A stretch of DNA of 64,000 nucleotides. Source: Botryllus schlosseri. Taxonomy: Eukaryota. The stretch covers positions 30,256,001-30,320,000 of the forward strand of contig CM119372.1 of assembly GCA_051294905.1 (NCBI GenBank), in the 5' to 3' direction. The position numbers were made by a program, and so were the translations under genes. Below, in pieces: positions 12,777 through 24,949 of this stretch (position 1 is its first letter; the number at the start of each line of letters is the position of its first letter). The notes under the pieces are model-generated. The model worked only from the letters and a program-made list of their open reading frames with translations, made no database searches and was not told where the DNA came from.

Positions 12777-13060
12777 GTGGCGAGATGGCGTAGTGGAATA
12801 ATCCACAGCTACAACACCAATGGATTGTGGGTTCGAGTCCGATCGAGGTCGACTCCAGATTTCCTACCAAAGTGTTGGAGGTTTGTCTATAGGCTCCTCC
12901 TCGCCATCTCGTCCGCGCAAGCGGTGTCTTCCTAGAAGTGGGCCGTGCTATAAGTCGGCAGTTACAGAATAAAAAGTAAAGTAGATCGGCGTGTTGTAGA
13001 TGACCATTATAGTCGACAAACATTATGAATATCACAAACAACAACCAGACAGAAAATAAA
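12777..13060 (+). mobile_element. tRNA-derived SINE (family S2)
   Basis: A box TGGCGTAGTGG (12786), B box GGTTCGAGTCC (12830), A/C-rich tail; homologs at 53022 and 49672. Confidence 0.85.
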
Positions 13061-14338
13061 TTAGCTAACATTTTCCCGGCAAACAGGGAGGGGATGAAAG
13101 AACAAGAACATAATTGCCAGGGGTGGTCAAATTTGTATGCGAAGTTATTCAAGTAGAAGTATTGACGTGAAATTCTACTCAAGTACGAGTAAAAGTAGTA
13201 TGTTTATTAACTGCTCAAAACTACTTCACGTAGAAGTAGAATTATTGTTGCAAATATCAAAAAAATCATTCCACATCTTTGCTTACTCGAACGTTGCTAC
13301 CAAACTGGTCCTTTCCAGCTGTTTTGCGACAGATAAAGAGAGTATCTGCTCAATTAAATTAAACTCAGGTCAGTCTCTTTTCTACCTCAGAATTGTCAAT
13401 ATATTGATATGATTATAATCACAAAACCAGTCATACCTGTGATGCATATTTCACTGACATTTTCGACCGAGAATTCAGGCAGATATGGCTATGCTTTAGT
13501 TTGAAAGGCTGATGGAGACCACTGGACCACAATTCTTTATATAACTTCCTAACTTGTATGTATCTCCATAGAATTTGCCCCGTCGGAGATTTCAGGTATT
13601 TTTATCATGGAATTTCGCGCGGTCCGAGTATATCATAATATCCGAATATAGGTTGAAATGAAATAATAATTGAGAATATTTACCTTGATTAAATGAGGTG
13701 GGACGGATCATAAATAGTAGGGATGGTGTGAACCTCTGAAAGGTTCAGGTTCGTGTGAACGCGAACCTTTTTGAAAGGTTCTGTGTGAACGCGAACGTGA
13801 ACCTCGTGACGTCATGTGACGTCATATTGCTAATTTAAACCCTATATTTCAATGAAGTGATAGACTATATTAATGTACGCGATATACCTAGCGATGACTC
13901 GTGCCACATAATGCCAAAATGCTGAAGTAGGCCCTACATATTGACGTTTTAAACGTCGCTAAATGTATCAACTGAGGCAATGAAATGATATAATAATCCC
14001 ATAAAATCAATATCTTCCGTCTCTTTGCCAACAATTTCGATGCGGACTTGCCAGCGAATATAAGCTTACGCCTGAACGGTCTAGGCCAGACCGGACAATG
14101 TCTTCGGCGTCTGAGTATTGTTATACGTGGATATTGAGCAGAGTGCTGAACGGGTTTCTATACTTGCTACCGACATTACCCCATTAACAAGTTATACAGC
14201 AGTAGCCAACACCCTAATTGCACGGATTTGCTTATTGTGATACAGTAAACATATGAAGTCATGATTGACCCGTACGCCCGCTAGATTTCTACACCAGAAA
14301 ACGATATCACTCTCACTGATTGGTTGAATAGGCATCAT

Positions 14339-15701
14339 CAGGCCGTGTTATTTTTGGCATATGCCAAAACAGCCAAAAATAACTTATTTTTGGCATTTTT
14401 CGATTTTTATTTTTGGCAGTTTTGGCATCGTCCTCTAAATAGATAGTTTCAGCTTCGAATTAGTCACAAAACCGCTTTATTCGGGCTAGTTTGTCAAATG
14501 ACACCACAAAATGTGCAGCATCCACGTATAATCAGTGCCAATAAACAATAAGAAGAAGAAAAAACCTAACGATTTCATAGGTTAATAATATCAAACGAAA
14601 CCACAAAATGTGCAGTATCCGTCGGAATCGGTGCCAATAAGCAGAAAAAAGAAAGAAAAGCCTAACAACACGCTCAACAGCTCATTGTTACAGCTGTTGA
14701 ATAGACTTCAATCGTTCGCACTGTAACAGTGCTTCCAAACGTGAGTCAGCTAAGGTTCTCCTAAATTCATTTCTCGCCCAGCGAATCTGGGAAATGTCGG
14801 CTTCAACGGTAGCCGTTGAGGGAAAGAATGTTGCCAGTCATCAACAAAAGGTTTTCAGAGCTTCAAAATCTTTGGAGGGCCGAACCGGCTTCCATGCATC
14901 ATGAAAAGAGATCACTTCGCCAGTGCCATCGATCTCATCACGGAAAGAATTTTCTTCCCGATCCTTTTCCAGGAGTTTCCTGTGCTGTCTCTCAACACAT
15001 TCTATTTAGTATAGCCCGACTATCATTTCTCCGTCACTCTACCGATATATTTTCGGAGGACTTCTGTCACTTCAGGTGGCTTTAATATTACCAACTCGCA
15101 AGGAAAAGTCCTGGGAAGGTTAGCTTGTTTAAGTAAGAACATTGACGCAACAAGACTGTCTGGCAAAACGAGCCTATGCAGCTCAGAAATAGCCAGACAG
15201 TTTGTTGCGTCACAATGTTCAACTCGATCACAATGCAAAAATCGTGGTGGATTTGGGGGGTTCCAGTTCCATGAGCAGAATATAATTTATAATTTAATAA
15301 TCAGTACTGCGGCAGCTTCTCATTGATACCTGTTTTATCAAATTTAGCGCTCGACAAGCCGGTCAAAAATGGTCGCAAAATTGCCTTTGGACAAATGGAA
15401 AGTATTACGTAAACCAAATGCTGTCAGCCGTTCAATCTCGCTGTGCCCACACCATTTAGGACACCATGCTTTCACCCCGAATGGGTGGGCTGGACCCAGA
15501 TCAAGAAACCTGCCTTTCACAAACGCTCTTCTCGCTTGTAACGCGGTCCTGTTAACACAACACCATGAACGAAATGCACTATTTGGCAGGCCGTGTTATT
15601 TTTGGCATATGCCAAAAATTGCTTATTTTTGGCATTTTCAAATTTTTATTTTTGGCAGTTTTGGCATCTGGCTCCTGAAATGCCAAAAATAACACGGCCT
15701 G
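14339..15701. mobile_element. Composite hAT-type insert (family E ends)
   Basis: TIR CAGGCCGTGTTATTTTTGGCAT; TSD GGCATCAT/GGCACCAT; the empty site is visible in the family C copy at about 53425. Contains a complete 115-bp mini-element at 15587-15701. Confidence 0.85.
14688..15010 (-). pseudogene. hAT transposase dimerisation-domain remnant
   Basis: FEALKTFC**LATFFPSTATVEADISQIRWARNEFRRTLADSRLEALLQC resembles the hAT C-terminal dimerisation domain; two in-frame stops. Confidence 0.7.
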
Positions 15702-16927
15702 GGCACCATTCGCTGACTACATGCAGTGTATTCACAAACGGAAAGCTTGATATTTCGAGCAAACTTTTGTAACAAGGCAAGTAAAATTTTTGAGATTGTC
15801 AAGGTGCATGCTCGTTTAGTGTTGATTGTTTATGCTGCCAGCGCCATGCATAGAGTGGTTCGCAGTTGAATTGCAATAAATGTGAACCAAAGATTTTAGA
15901 ATGAAGTAAAGGTTTTAATATATGAAAAAGGTTCACAGGGCAGAACCTACCAAGGTTCTGTTGTGAACGCGAACCTCAAAATTTCCGAGGTTCACACACA
16001 GAACGCGAACGTGAACCTCACGTTCACACCATCCCTAATAGATAGATTAATCTATCCTGACTAACCGGTTTTCGTCTGTTTCGAAGCCGTCAACAAGGTT
16101 GCAGAAGAATTTACGATATGGGGTAGCACCATCCGCTGGTACGAGAATGAGATTAACACCAAATCTACAACGGACGCGAATCCCCAGATACCGAGGTCAA
16201 ATGGAATGACTTCGCAGTTGCTCCAATAAGATTAAATATTCTTTAAAACACAGTGTTCGTTGTCAAGTAATTCATAAATAATTTTGATATACATTCCAAG
16301 AACATGTGTTGCCAAGGGATATCATCTCCAGCTGGGCTGTAAGGTGTTTAAAATGAGGCTGATATGACGTCTAAGCAGTGCGGAGCAGTTCCTTCAAGTA
16401 TACCGATGAGAATTTAAGGAAGATTTCAGCTCGGTAATCTCGACGACATTTTCCTGGCCAAACTCTGCAGTCTGCAGTTATTGCCAGCCTTTACAATACA
16501 AATGGGAGAGCCTTATTCACCATTGTCAACCCGGAAATGGTTATGACCTGCGCCGGTGTGATTAATTATCAAGTTCATTGTTGAACGCAGTGATTTAGCA
16601 TTGATTGGTGATCATGATCAGGCATCCATTGTTGCGGGTGATAGATACGTTTATGAGAACTCGACTCAGGAGTTCAATTGCAAATTCTAACCCTGTAGTG
16701 TCATCATTCCCTAAATTTTACAAGTCTTGCGTAAACCATGAGGAAAGAAACAACACGAAAACAATACGCATATTTGAATACGCGATAAAATGCGTCAATT
16801 TCTAATCAGGTTGAACCTCTCGAGCAAAATGTCGAAACGCATGTGCATTGTGCAACGATTAAAGAGCCGCAATCAAAGGCTGATGGAGCTCAACCCTGTC
16901 ATACGCACTCGGGTAGTCCTGCTATAG

Positions 16928-18232
16928 CAGGGGTTCTCAACATTCCTTGCATAACGGGCCGCATCTTAACAGCAAAAACCGCTGCCGGCCGCAGAACATT
17001 ATTACCGTATATTTGTGGAGTACTCTTATATTTAGGCTAATATGGCCTATTTACCAGTCGTATATGGGTATTTAGTACATTTGTATGCATTCTACAGCAT
17101 TAATGGACAGCGTTCGTAAGCTTTCAGTTGCTGTTTCTAGTGAGATTATGTCATCTTCCGACGGAACAAGTAAATCCTTTCATGGAGCGTGCATTGCATT
17201 CGTTCCCATGTCGGTATGTGCAGTGTGCACCTTCAAACCCTTGCACCAGAGAACTGAACTCTCTGTTTCAATGTGTGAGCGAGCAAGTATAAAATTACGG
17301 TAACTTTTTAGTTACAGAGGCCATTGTCACTTTGAGCTCTCAGTGATATGAGAAGAAGTCTCATGTTCGGGGTAATTTCTGAGCAAACCAGTCAACCCTT
17401 CTCCTTTCCTTCCATGGCTGATGCCCTGCACCAATAGTTACAGAAGTCAGCTTTGTCAAGTTGATGTTGTTTGCTAGTCCCCTCCCCTCACGTTTGCCCG
17501 GCCAGCATTACGTCTACAAATATATCCACTCCGATAGAATACTCCAATACAACTAGCGTTGCAATGTCCGTGGATTTTGTCCAATGCTAGGTTAAAGTAG
17601 TCTAGGCGGCAACGTGTTTCAAAACATGCGACAAAAGATCAACTAACATTGCTGTTACTCTTCTTGTCACGGTTGAATCAGACAACTGCAGCTTCGAAAT
17701 TTGTTAGGTGTAGTTGTCCTTGCTGCTAAATTCCGGAAACAGCGGAGATTCGCACAGTATAGTAACGTTTTGTCGAAAACACACCTTTTCTAGCAGATTT
17801 CATGGGTTTAGCTATATACTATACTATATACTATATACTATACTATATACCAAGCAATTTTGAACCATGCGTCTTTAACGTCGTCGGCAATCTCGACAAT
17901 GCCTCAAAATATGGATTGCAGGGCAATGGGCATGAGACCTCTAGCAACGATTTTTTCAAAGATCAAGTGATATGTATAACTCCAGATGGAACTGTCCGAA
18001 GACCTATTCAAAACAATAAGAATCTGAACTCGACCATATATCAAGAAACCAGAACACATTGAAGAATGAGAACAAATCAAACGAAACAGAGACGGTGCGA
18101 TAAGAAAGCTTAAGTAGCTAAATTTAGTAAATTAATATGTAACAATACTGTGCCGGTAGTAATTGCGATCACATTGAAAGATCTCGCGGGCCGCAGAATA
18201 AGCGTCTGCGGGCCGCGGGTTGAGAACCCTTG
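16928..18232 (+). mobile_element. Non-autonomous Buster-type hAT element
   Basis: TIR CAGGGGTTCTCAAC; perfect TSD TGCTATAG; decayed FLADF and LQG transposase-like pieces; internal (TATAC)n tract near 17812-17848. Confidence 0.88.
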
Positions 18233-19399
18233 TGCTATAGATTCAGTAGATCCTGCTTGAATTTTGTCTTCCTGTTCTACATACTGGAGCCGTCTACAAC
18301 AGCCCTTGTCAATACCCTTCAAAACTTCAAATGGTTATCACTCGAGACAGATAGAGACGTTGTCCAGCAAATTGTAGGCTACTCAACATTTTAGTTTCTA
18401 TCGCATATAGACCTATATATGACGCCGGCGAGTTATATAGTTTGCGTATATGTAAACGTTTGTATGCCGACGAATATGGTAATGACCATTATTGGCCAAT
18501 GCTTAGTTGTCACGTCACAAGTGAACTACGTTTTGTCTTAGACTTAGCCGAATAATAACGCCTGAGGGTGGGTTTCAAATAGTCGACTTAGGCCCGTCGT
18601 CGGGCTTAAGCTACACCCCTCAGGCTGAAGTCGGTTTCAAAACTGTGACTTGAGGGGATTTCCCCTCCAGCGTGCGCTTTGTTAAGACAGATATCCAAGC
18701 CAGCTAGGGGGTAGGCTGAAGTCAACAGTGCTGATAACTGTTGTGCTGTTTGTTGAAGGATACTGGCCGTTCTTCTGATGTATAGCTTGGCAAATCAGAT
18801 TAGATCATTTTATATTGATGTCAGGCAGTTTGGAACAATGTTTATATCACAAACGTGACAAGTTGGTATCATATACCGTTATAGTGGGATTTACAGTGGA
18901 ATGCAGCAGGGGTCTTCGTATACTGAACGGATTTCAATTCAAATGGATAGCCAGAGCCCTGAGGCACACAGGACACATCAGCACTTCTTCCATAACCGCA
19001 CCATATAGTATAAAGCAATGTTCCCCATGACCACCATAACCCGCGTTCGCTGGCTCCAATCGATTCGGTTACGAATATGATATGACTATGGTTACGAGAC
19101 ACGGGAAGTGATATTTGGGGTAAGGCGTAAAGGTGCCTAGCGTTGGACTTGCGAATCCCGCTCATTTTGGCAAAGAAAGGTCAGCGATAAGAATCCGCTA
19201 CGGGTAATGATGCTGATCAGTGGTCATGGGGAGCATCAGTTAATATAGTGCATGTATCGAAGAAGCCCCAAGATGAGATTTTAGGTTGCGGCAGATCAAC
19301 AGATCCTTTATTGATAGCCTACATGCTACGTCAACTCATCATTATCGTTTTCTCGACTGGTTACGTCTTTTAACTTAGGCACGTTGACGTTTTGACAGT

Positions 19400-20450
19400 T
19401 TGGCTTTGCTGTGGTTATAGCCAAAAAGTGAACACATGACGCATCACCAGAAAATGGAAAATATGTATCATGCTCATTTTGTTGAGCCTAATCAATGTTG
19501 CACTTGCACGCAACTGTGATTGATTGCAGGGTTCCCCTCAATATTCATTTTCGCTCTACCCCTATGAGCATTGTCATAAATATGTTTAACTGCTACTTTC
19601 TAGAATAGTGCCGACTACATGGAACTTTGATCAATATGTGTCTATTCAACCAGCATTGTATTGATATTCCGTTCACTGCACGCGCACCGAATTTCAGCAT
19701 ACTGGATAAAGATCCAGAAGTTTCGGAAAGAAAAATGACATGACTTTGCATGAAGTTGTTAGTGAATTGCTATAGATGTGAAGCAATGTTCCCTCTAATT
19801 TTTGACGAGTCTGTGCGTACACTCAAGAACTCACTACGAAGACCCTCGGAAAACAGTGCGTAACGACTAAAAAAGGGTCATGACTTCAGATTTTCTGTGT
19901 GCATAAACCGTGTCAGCACTGCGCATTTGCGCATGTATGCAGCTTAAAGGGGCCATTGATGTGAAGTGATATATGCCAATAATATTCAAAGTACAGTACA
20001 TGCTAACGCTTCAGTAATCCAAATGTTTTGAGATATATGTCAATTCAACATTGATTTTCACAGATTTGCTACCCAGTCATAGTATCGACATAGCAGCATG
20101 ATCAGTCCATGTAAAAATTATTATATAGCTGTATAATGTGCCACCAGAGTGAGCTGCAGGCTGTGAAACAAATGATAGCACCATTCTTTTGGAACACAGA
20201 GAAAATCAAACGAGCAGTGATGTGCCAAGCCATCAAATAGGTATTTATCTATCTATCCGTATATGTGAGTGTGAATGCGCATACCAATATCCAGTTCCTT
20301 TTATATTAAGGTTTTTCTGAAAGCACTTTGCTCGAGCTTCATCCAGTTCCTCGCACCATGATACCAACACTGGGCTGTAAGTATGTCATTTCCATTCATA
20401 TTTATACCATGCTTGATAAGTTGTTTTGTGATAGATGCTGACCCATCTGA
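19400..20450 (-). pseudogene. PIF/Harbinger transposase remnant (N-terminal part to first catalytic Asp), split by a MITE
   Basis: GARAVNG...HILIKVP...YSRK resembles GA.DG.HI.I..P...Y.NRK; AHSGGTLYSY resembles LATG.SY. Confidence 0.5.
19784..19958. mobile_element. hAT MITE family H
   Basis: TIR CAATGTTCCCTCTAA; perfect TSD ATGTGAAG; inverted homolog of 3245-3448. Confidence 0.9.
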
Positions 20451-20566
20451 TGTGCCAACTTATGGAGTAGCAGTTGGGAGCTGCATCTGCTAGTTGTTTG
20501 GGCAACATTTCCAACCAGATCAAGGTAAGTTTGCATTAATTACTAGGCCATCAATTGTCTGTTTGT

Positions 20567-20697
20567 TATCTCATTATTATTGCTATTAATTATTATCTCA
20601 TTATTATTGCTATTAATTATTATCTCATTATTATTGCTATTAATTATTATCTCATTATTATTGCTATTAATTATTATCTCATTATTATTGCTATTAA
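20567..20697. repeat. 27-bp minisatellite, about 5 copies
   Basis: Unit TATCTCATTATTATTGCTATTAATTAT at 20567, 20594, 20621, 20648 and 20675. Confidence 0.95.
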
Positions 20698-21199
20698 CAT
20701 TCGTATAGTTTGCTGATGCTATGTATTACAATAGACTATTGAGTTTTGTATGGATAGCAACAGAAAAAAATTGAAAAAATTCGTTCGAAATTTATTAGTT
20801 ATATCTCTACCAACAGCTCACCGAAGTCCAGGCCCGAAGTCAACTATGAAGCAGCGAAGATTTGAAAATCAGTGATAAAGCAGAAGAGAATGAAACAAGT
20901 TGAGCATGGTCTCAACGTTAATAATTATAGAAGATGCTGAACAACATTAATTTGACGCTAGCCGAATCTAGAGTCAAAACATGTCTTTTGTACATTTGAT
21001 TCAATTTTGTTCAGCCGTTCATGTTCGCCTGCTCCAGTTTTCCAAGCCCCTTGCAATAACTTCGCTATCTTGTGTCCAAATTTATAAACTTGAACTTACT
21101 TAAAGCCATAATGCACATTTTACCTCATTTTAACGTGTCACAAGAAATAAAGCACGAGTATGTTTTGGAATGTAATCAAATGTATTGCAAAAATCTCTA

Positions 21200-21800
21200 G
21201 ATCATGCGTTGTCGTGCAGATTTCTCTGTGGGAGTGCGGTCAACGCTTCCAGTTGCAGTATGTCATCAAATTCAGCTCCATCTGCCTTGTCAGCATTGCT
21301 ATGATTGTAAAGGCAGAAGCAGGCTATTGTCATATCGATATTCTGAGGTTCTTCCTTGAATATAGCCAATGCGCGAGATATTTTCTTCAACACAAAGCAC
21401 TGCGCTCTGCCAGAGGGTAACGATATGCATGAAAACAATAGTGAATTTTTTCGGTCAAAGTTCTTGGGCATAATAGTGGCGTGAGTAATAAGTCCTCAGT
21501 GGATATTCAGCATCTCCAAGAGCATAATCTTCATCAATTAATATGCCAAAATGCTGGGCAGTTGTGTCTTCAAAAATCGGTATCACAGCCGCACTATTTC
21601 TTCGAATACTTTGCGATAACGTGCTGATCATTTGCCAGATACTTCCTCGGGGTTCCGTTCTGATCATCCGTCCGTAAATTTCAACAACTCAAGCAATTCC
21701 GTATTCCTTCACTGCATCGCTACCATACTATACGACATCAGCAAGCAACTCAAAACAATAACAACTGGCCTCGGTTTCGTGTTGAACTCGCTACAGCGAC
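21200..21800 (-). pseudogene. PIF/Harbinger (DDE_Tnp_4/HARBI1-like) transposase remnant, C-terminal half
   Basis: LGDAEYPLRTY resembles LGD.AYPL; DMTIACFCLYN resembles I.AC..LHN; frameshifted. Confidence 0.65.
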
Positions 21801-23809
21801 GAAGTAGACAGTAATTACTCGCAACTAACGGCCTTGGCCGAGCGCGGCGCCAAATTGACATTTGAAACCGAATTAAGACCGCCGACGTCTGGCGTCTTGA
21901 GCAAGTCAATCACTGGCCTTAAGCCAGGTCTAAATTAAGACAACTTTTTGAAACCCACCCTGAATCTCACATGTGATTACATGTTGCGGTTGTGGACTTG
22001 CTGTGGCATGTCCTAAGTAGGCCAAAGGTGACAAAAATCTCTGCCAAGTCATGATGTCATTTGATCGCTGATCTTCTTGTATTACCAGTGCATTCTTCGT
22101 TTCCAAGTAAATCCTACACAAATGTGTGTTTGGACTACAACAAATACGTCGCTACGATATATTAGTATAGATTACTAGCCCGCGCAAAGATACAGCAATT
22201 GTTGCATTTGAGCAAACAGCGTATGGACCCGTAGCCAAATAATAACGTTGTGTGTGATAAATGAGCAATTTATTGAGCATTCCCTCAATCATACAGACCT
22301 GTCGCTTGTTCGAGGCTTGGTACGCTTGGAGTTCGTAATATTCAGTGGCGACTGGTAGGCTTCTACTTACATATCGTTTGTATTAATATAGCCTCGAATA
22401 ATGTTCTGCTTAGTTAGAGAGGGGTGGTAACAAATGCACGACTACTTCGATGCAGCGACGATACGACGGTTACGGATATTGAATATTGTTTGGTGGACCT
22501 ATATCTAGATATCCCTCAGTGCTGTACATTATTAACTGTAATTACTACCAGGAATGTTTTTATTACAAAATATCGTACCATTATTCCTTATCTTTATAGT
22601 ACCATGTAATACGCATTTGGGATGGCCGACCATATCTTAGTAGGGCGACATAAAACTGCGAATGTATTTATATGTTCCAAATGCCTCAAACAAAAACCTT
22701 GGCCTAATTACGTTTTATGGTGTGGTAGTATACTACCGACATTTCTTGGCTAAATTGCTTATATCTATATGCAGTGATGTAGCAAGAAGGGATAGGCGCG
22801 AGTACCCCTTAAATATTCCTGACTTGTAGGTTATAACTTCATTCGTTTTCATTACATCGCAATAGATATTCGTTGGGTCACGTCATTGATAAAATAACAC
22901 CTAATTAGAAGCACAATTGGAAGTAGTATAAAATATATTCGCTGGTGTAAGAAGTGAAAGTCGACAAAACTACTTAATACCACCGCATAATAGAGGCACG
23001 TTTTTCTCGTCCTCTCTGCCCTAATCTTAATATATGCACTAATTCAGTAACTCCCTCAGTCATACTCAAAACCGTTTCAATTGATTTTGCAGAGGCAACT
23101 GACAGAGTTTACGTTAACTCTGGGGGGGGGGGGCAAGCGTACAAAGTCTTCTTGCAGGTTGACATACTGCTGTGCGGGTCATTTATCAATTCAATTCCCC
23201 TTTGACGCACCTATTAATTTTGATATATGTAGTCTGAAAACGTATTAGTAAATCGTTTATTAATATTTTAAAACTCCAAACACACCGCGAGTCTGTTGTA
23301 CAATGAATAGATCAATATAAAATAAAGCGATTACAAAACCGTTTACAAAACTATCGGTGCAAAAAATTGCTTATCGATTTTTCTTAAATGATATATATAA
23401 GGCCAACATAGCCAAGTGCAGTAAACGCATAGTTTCAATTTCTCTCGATTACTGGTATCCAATATTTTTCTCAAGGGTGGTTAACACATTAGCTATCAAA
23501 GTAGTAAAGCTATATAAGTATTGTAAATGCATGCGTTGGATTAAAAAATTTAGATAGGTATAGAAGCGGGAAAGTTTAAACTCTAATACGAACACGAATG
23601 TAGCTGTGTTTTATCAGTCCATACAATTGTTTAGGCCCACCAACAGGACTAATATTGTCTGGTGCAGTGGTGTAAAAGAATTTTGTGATCAAGACATATA
23701 GGGTGTTACTACAGCTCTATGTAGATACGAGGAGAAGCTACCATGGTATATCTGCAAACTGCGATTCAAATAAAACGTCCAAAATATGGTAACCCTACTA
23801 TACTTTACT

Positions 23810-24949
23810 CTACTTAGGTGGCTTTTGGCCCATGCTACTCCAAGTTTTACTTGTGAATAGATTTTGCGATTTCAATTGTTTTGTTAATGTCTGTCCGAGA
23901 TTCATGAAGGGCAATTGACCGACTCCACCATTCCGTCCTACAGGAATAAGCATGAGGGTGCTGGTCGCAGGCTTGTAAGCGTGCAATTTGCTCCCTTTCA
24001 TGGAGGCTGCGATGTTCTTAGCCACGATGTCCCTATGTCCCTCCGCAGCTAACACCATTTTTTCTTCATCTATGTCTACTATGTCACCGATAGCGAAGAT
24101 ATTCTCGGCACCTTCCACTCGTAAAAATTTGTCGACTTTTATCAAGCCATTGTCTTTCACCGCACCTCCGAGAGCGTCCTTGAAGGCAGCTGTATTTGGC
24201 CTACCACCGGTGCAGCGTATCACCATGTCGCATTTGATTTCCTTGTCACTCGTTGTTTTCACTACTTGGTCTTTGACGCATTTGTTCAACTCAAGATCTT
24301 GGAGGTTACTTACTCTTTCGTTAAGCATCAGCTCGATGCCCTTGCTCAACATCAACTTTTTGAGTGACTTCTGCACTTTCGAATTCACCCTGGCGGAGGC
24401 TAAGGTCTCATTCGCGTGAATGAGAATTATTTTCTTGTCCGGGTAATCAGTCTTCAATTCGCCGGCCATTTCCACTCCGACCGGTCCGCCTCCCACACAA
24501 ACGATAGTTCGGGATTCTTGAATGGTACTGTTGAGGTTCTTGTAATGTTTCTTGGTCTCTTCCTGAGTAGATTGAGGGTATTCCGGTGACAGTTGAGCTG
24601 GAAACGAGCCGCTAACGCCAGTGGCAAGTACCAAATGAGAATATGTGATTTCTTGGCCATTGTCCAGCGTCACCGAGTTTCTCTCTCTGTTAATTTGCGT
24701 CACTCTGCCTTGGACAAAGTTCTCCCCGAATGTATGTCTCAGTGGGATCATGAGACTCGGGACGAAGTCTGGCTCGACCGCTGCCCTTAGCGCCCCCACC
24801 GCATGGAACATGAAGTCGTAGGGATTGATAATTTTCACGTTTTCAGTGCTAAGAAGCTTCCGGCCGAGTGTGGCACCACCGTATCCCGCACCCACAATGA
24901 CAATGCTGGCATTTTCTGAACGGTGAATATTTGATGCTCCGTTACCCAT
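23810..24949 (-). CDS. AIFM2: Ferroptosis suppressor protein 1 / AIF-M2-like oxidoreductase, paralog B (379 aa, intronless CDS)
   Basis: Same motifs as paralog A (MGNGAS, GAGYGG, LATG, GGGPVGVE, AIGD); colinear without gaps. Confidence 0.95.
   Translation of the reverse strand: MGNGASNIHRSENASIVIVGAGYGGATLGRKLLSTENVKIINPYDFMFHAVGALRAAVEPDFVPSLMIPLRHTFGENFVQGRVTQINRERNSVTLDNGQEITYSHLVLATGVSGSFPAQLSPEYPQSTQEETKKHYKNLNSTIQESRTIVCVGGGPVGVEMAGELKTDYPDKKIILIHANETLASARVNSKVQKSLKKLMLSKGIELMLNERVSNLQDLELNKCVKDQVVKTTSDKEIKCDMVIRCTGGRPNTAAFKDALGGAVKDNGLIKVDKFLRVEGAENIFAIGDIVDIDEEKMVLAAEGHRDIVAKNIAASMKGSKLHAYKPATSTLMLIPVGRNGGVGQLPFMNLGQTLTKQLKSQNLFTSKTWSSMGQKPPK

Larger units (their letters stand above)
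13718..16037 (+). mobile_element. hAT MITE family C (about 1 kb unit) carrying a nested 1.36-kb insert
   Basis: TIR TAGGGATGGTGTGAAC; TSD ATAAATAG/ATAGATAG; homologs at 33720 and 52522. Confidence 0.92.

Noticed and set aside
12777-12850. Functional tRNA genes (also 1555, 53022)
   Set aside because: A/B boxes are present, but no proper cloverleaf or terminator, and each continues into a SINE body and tail.
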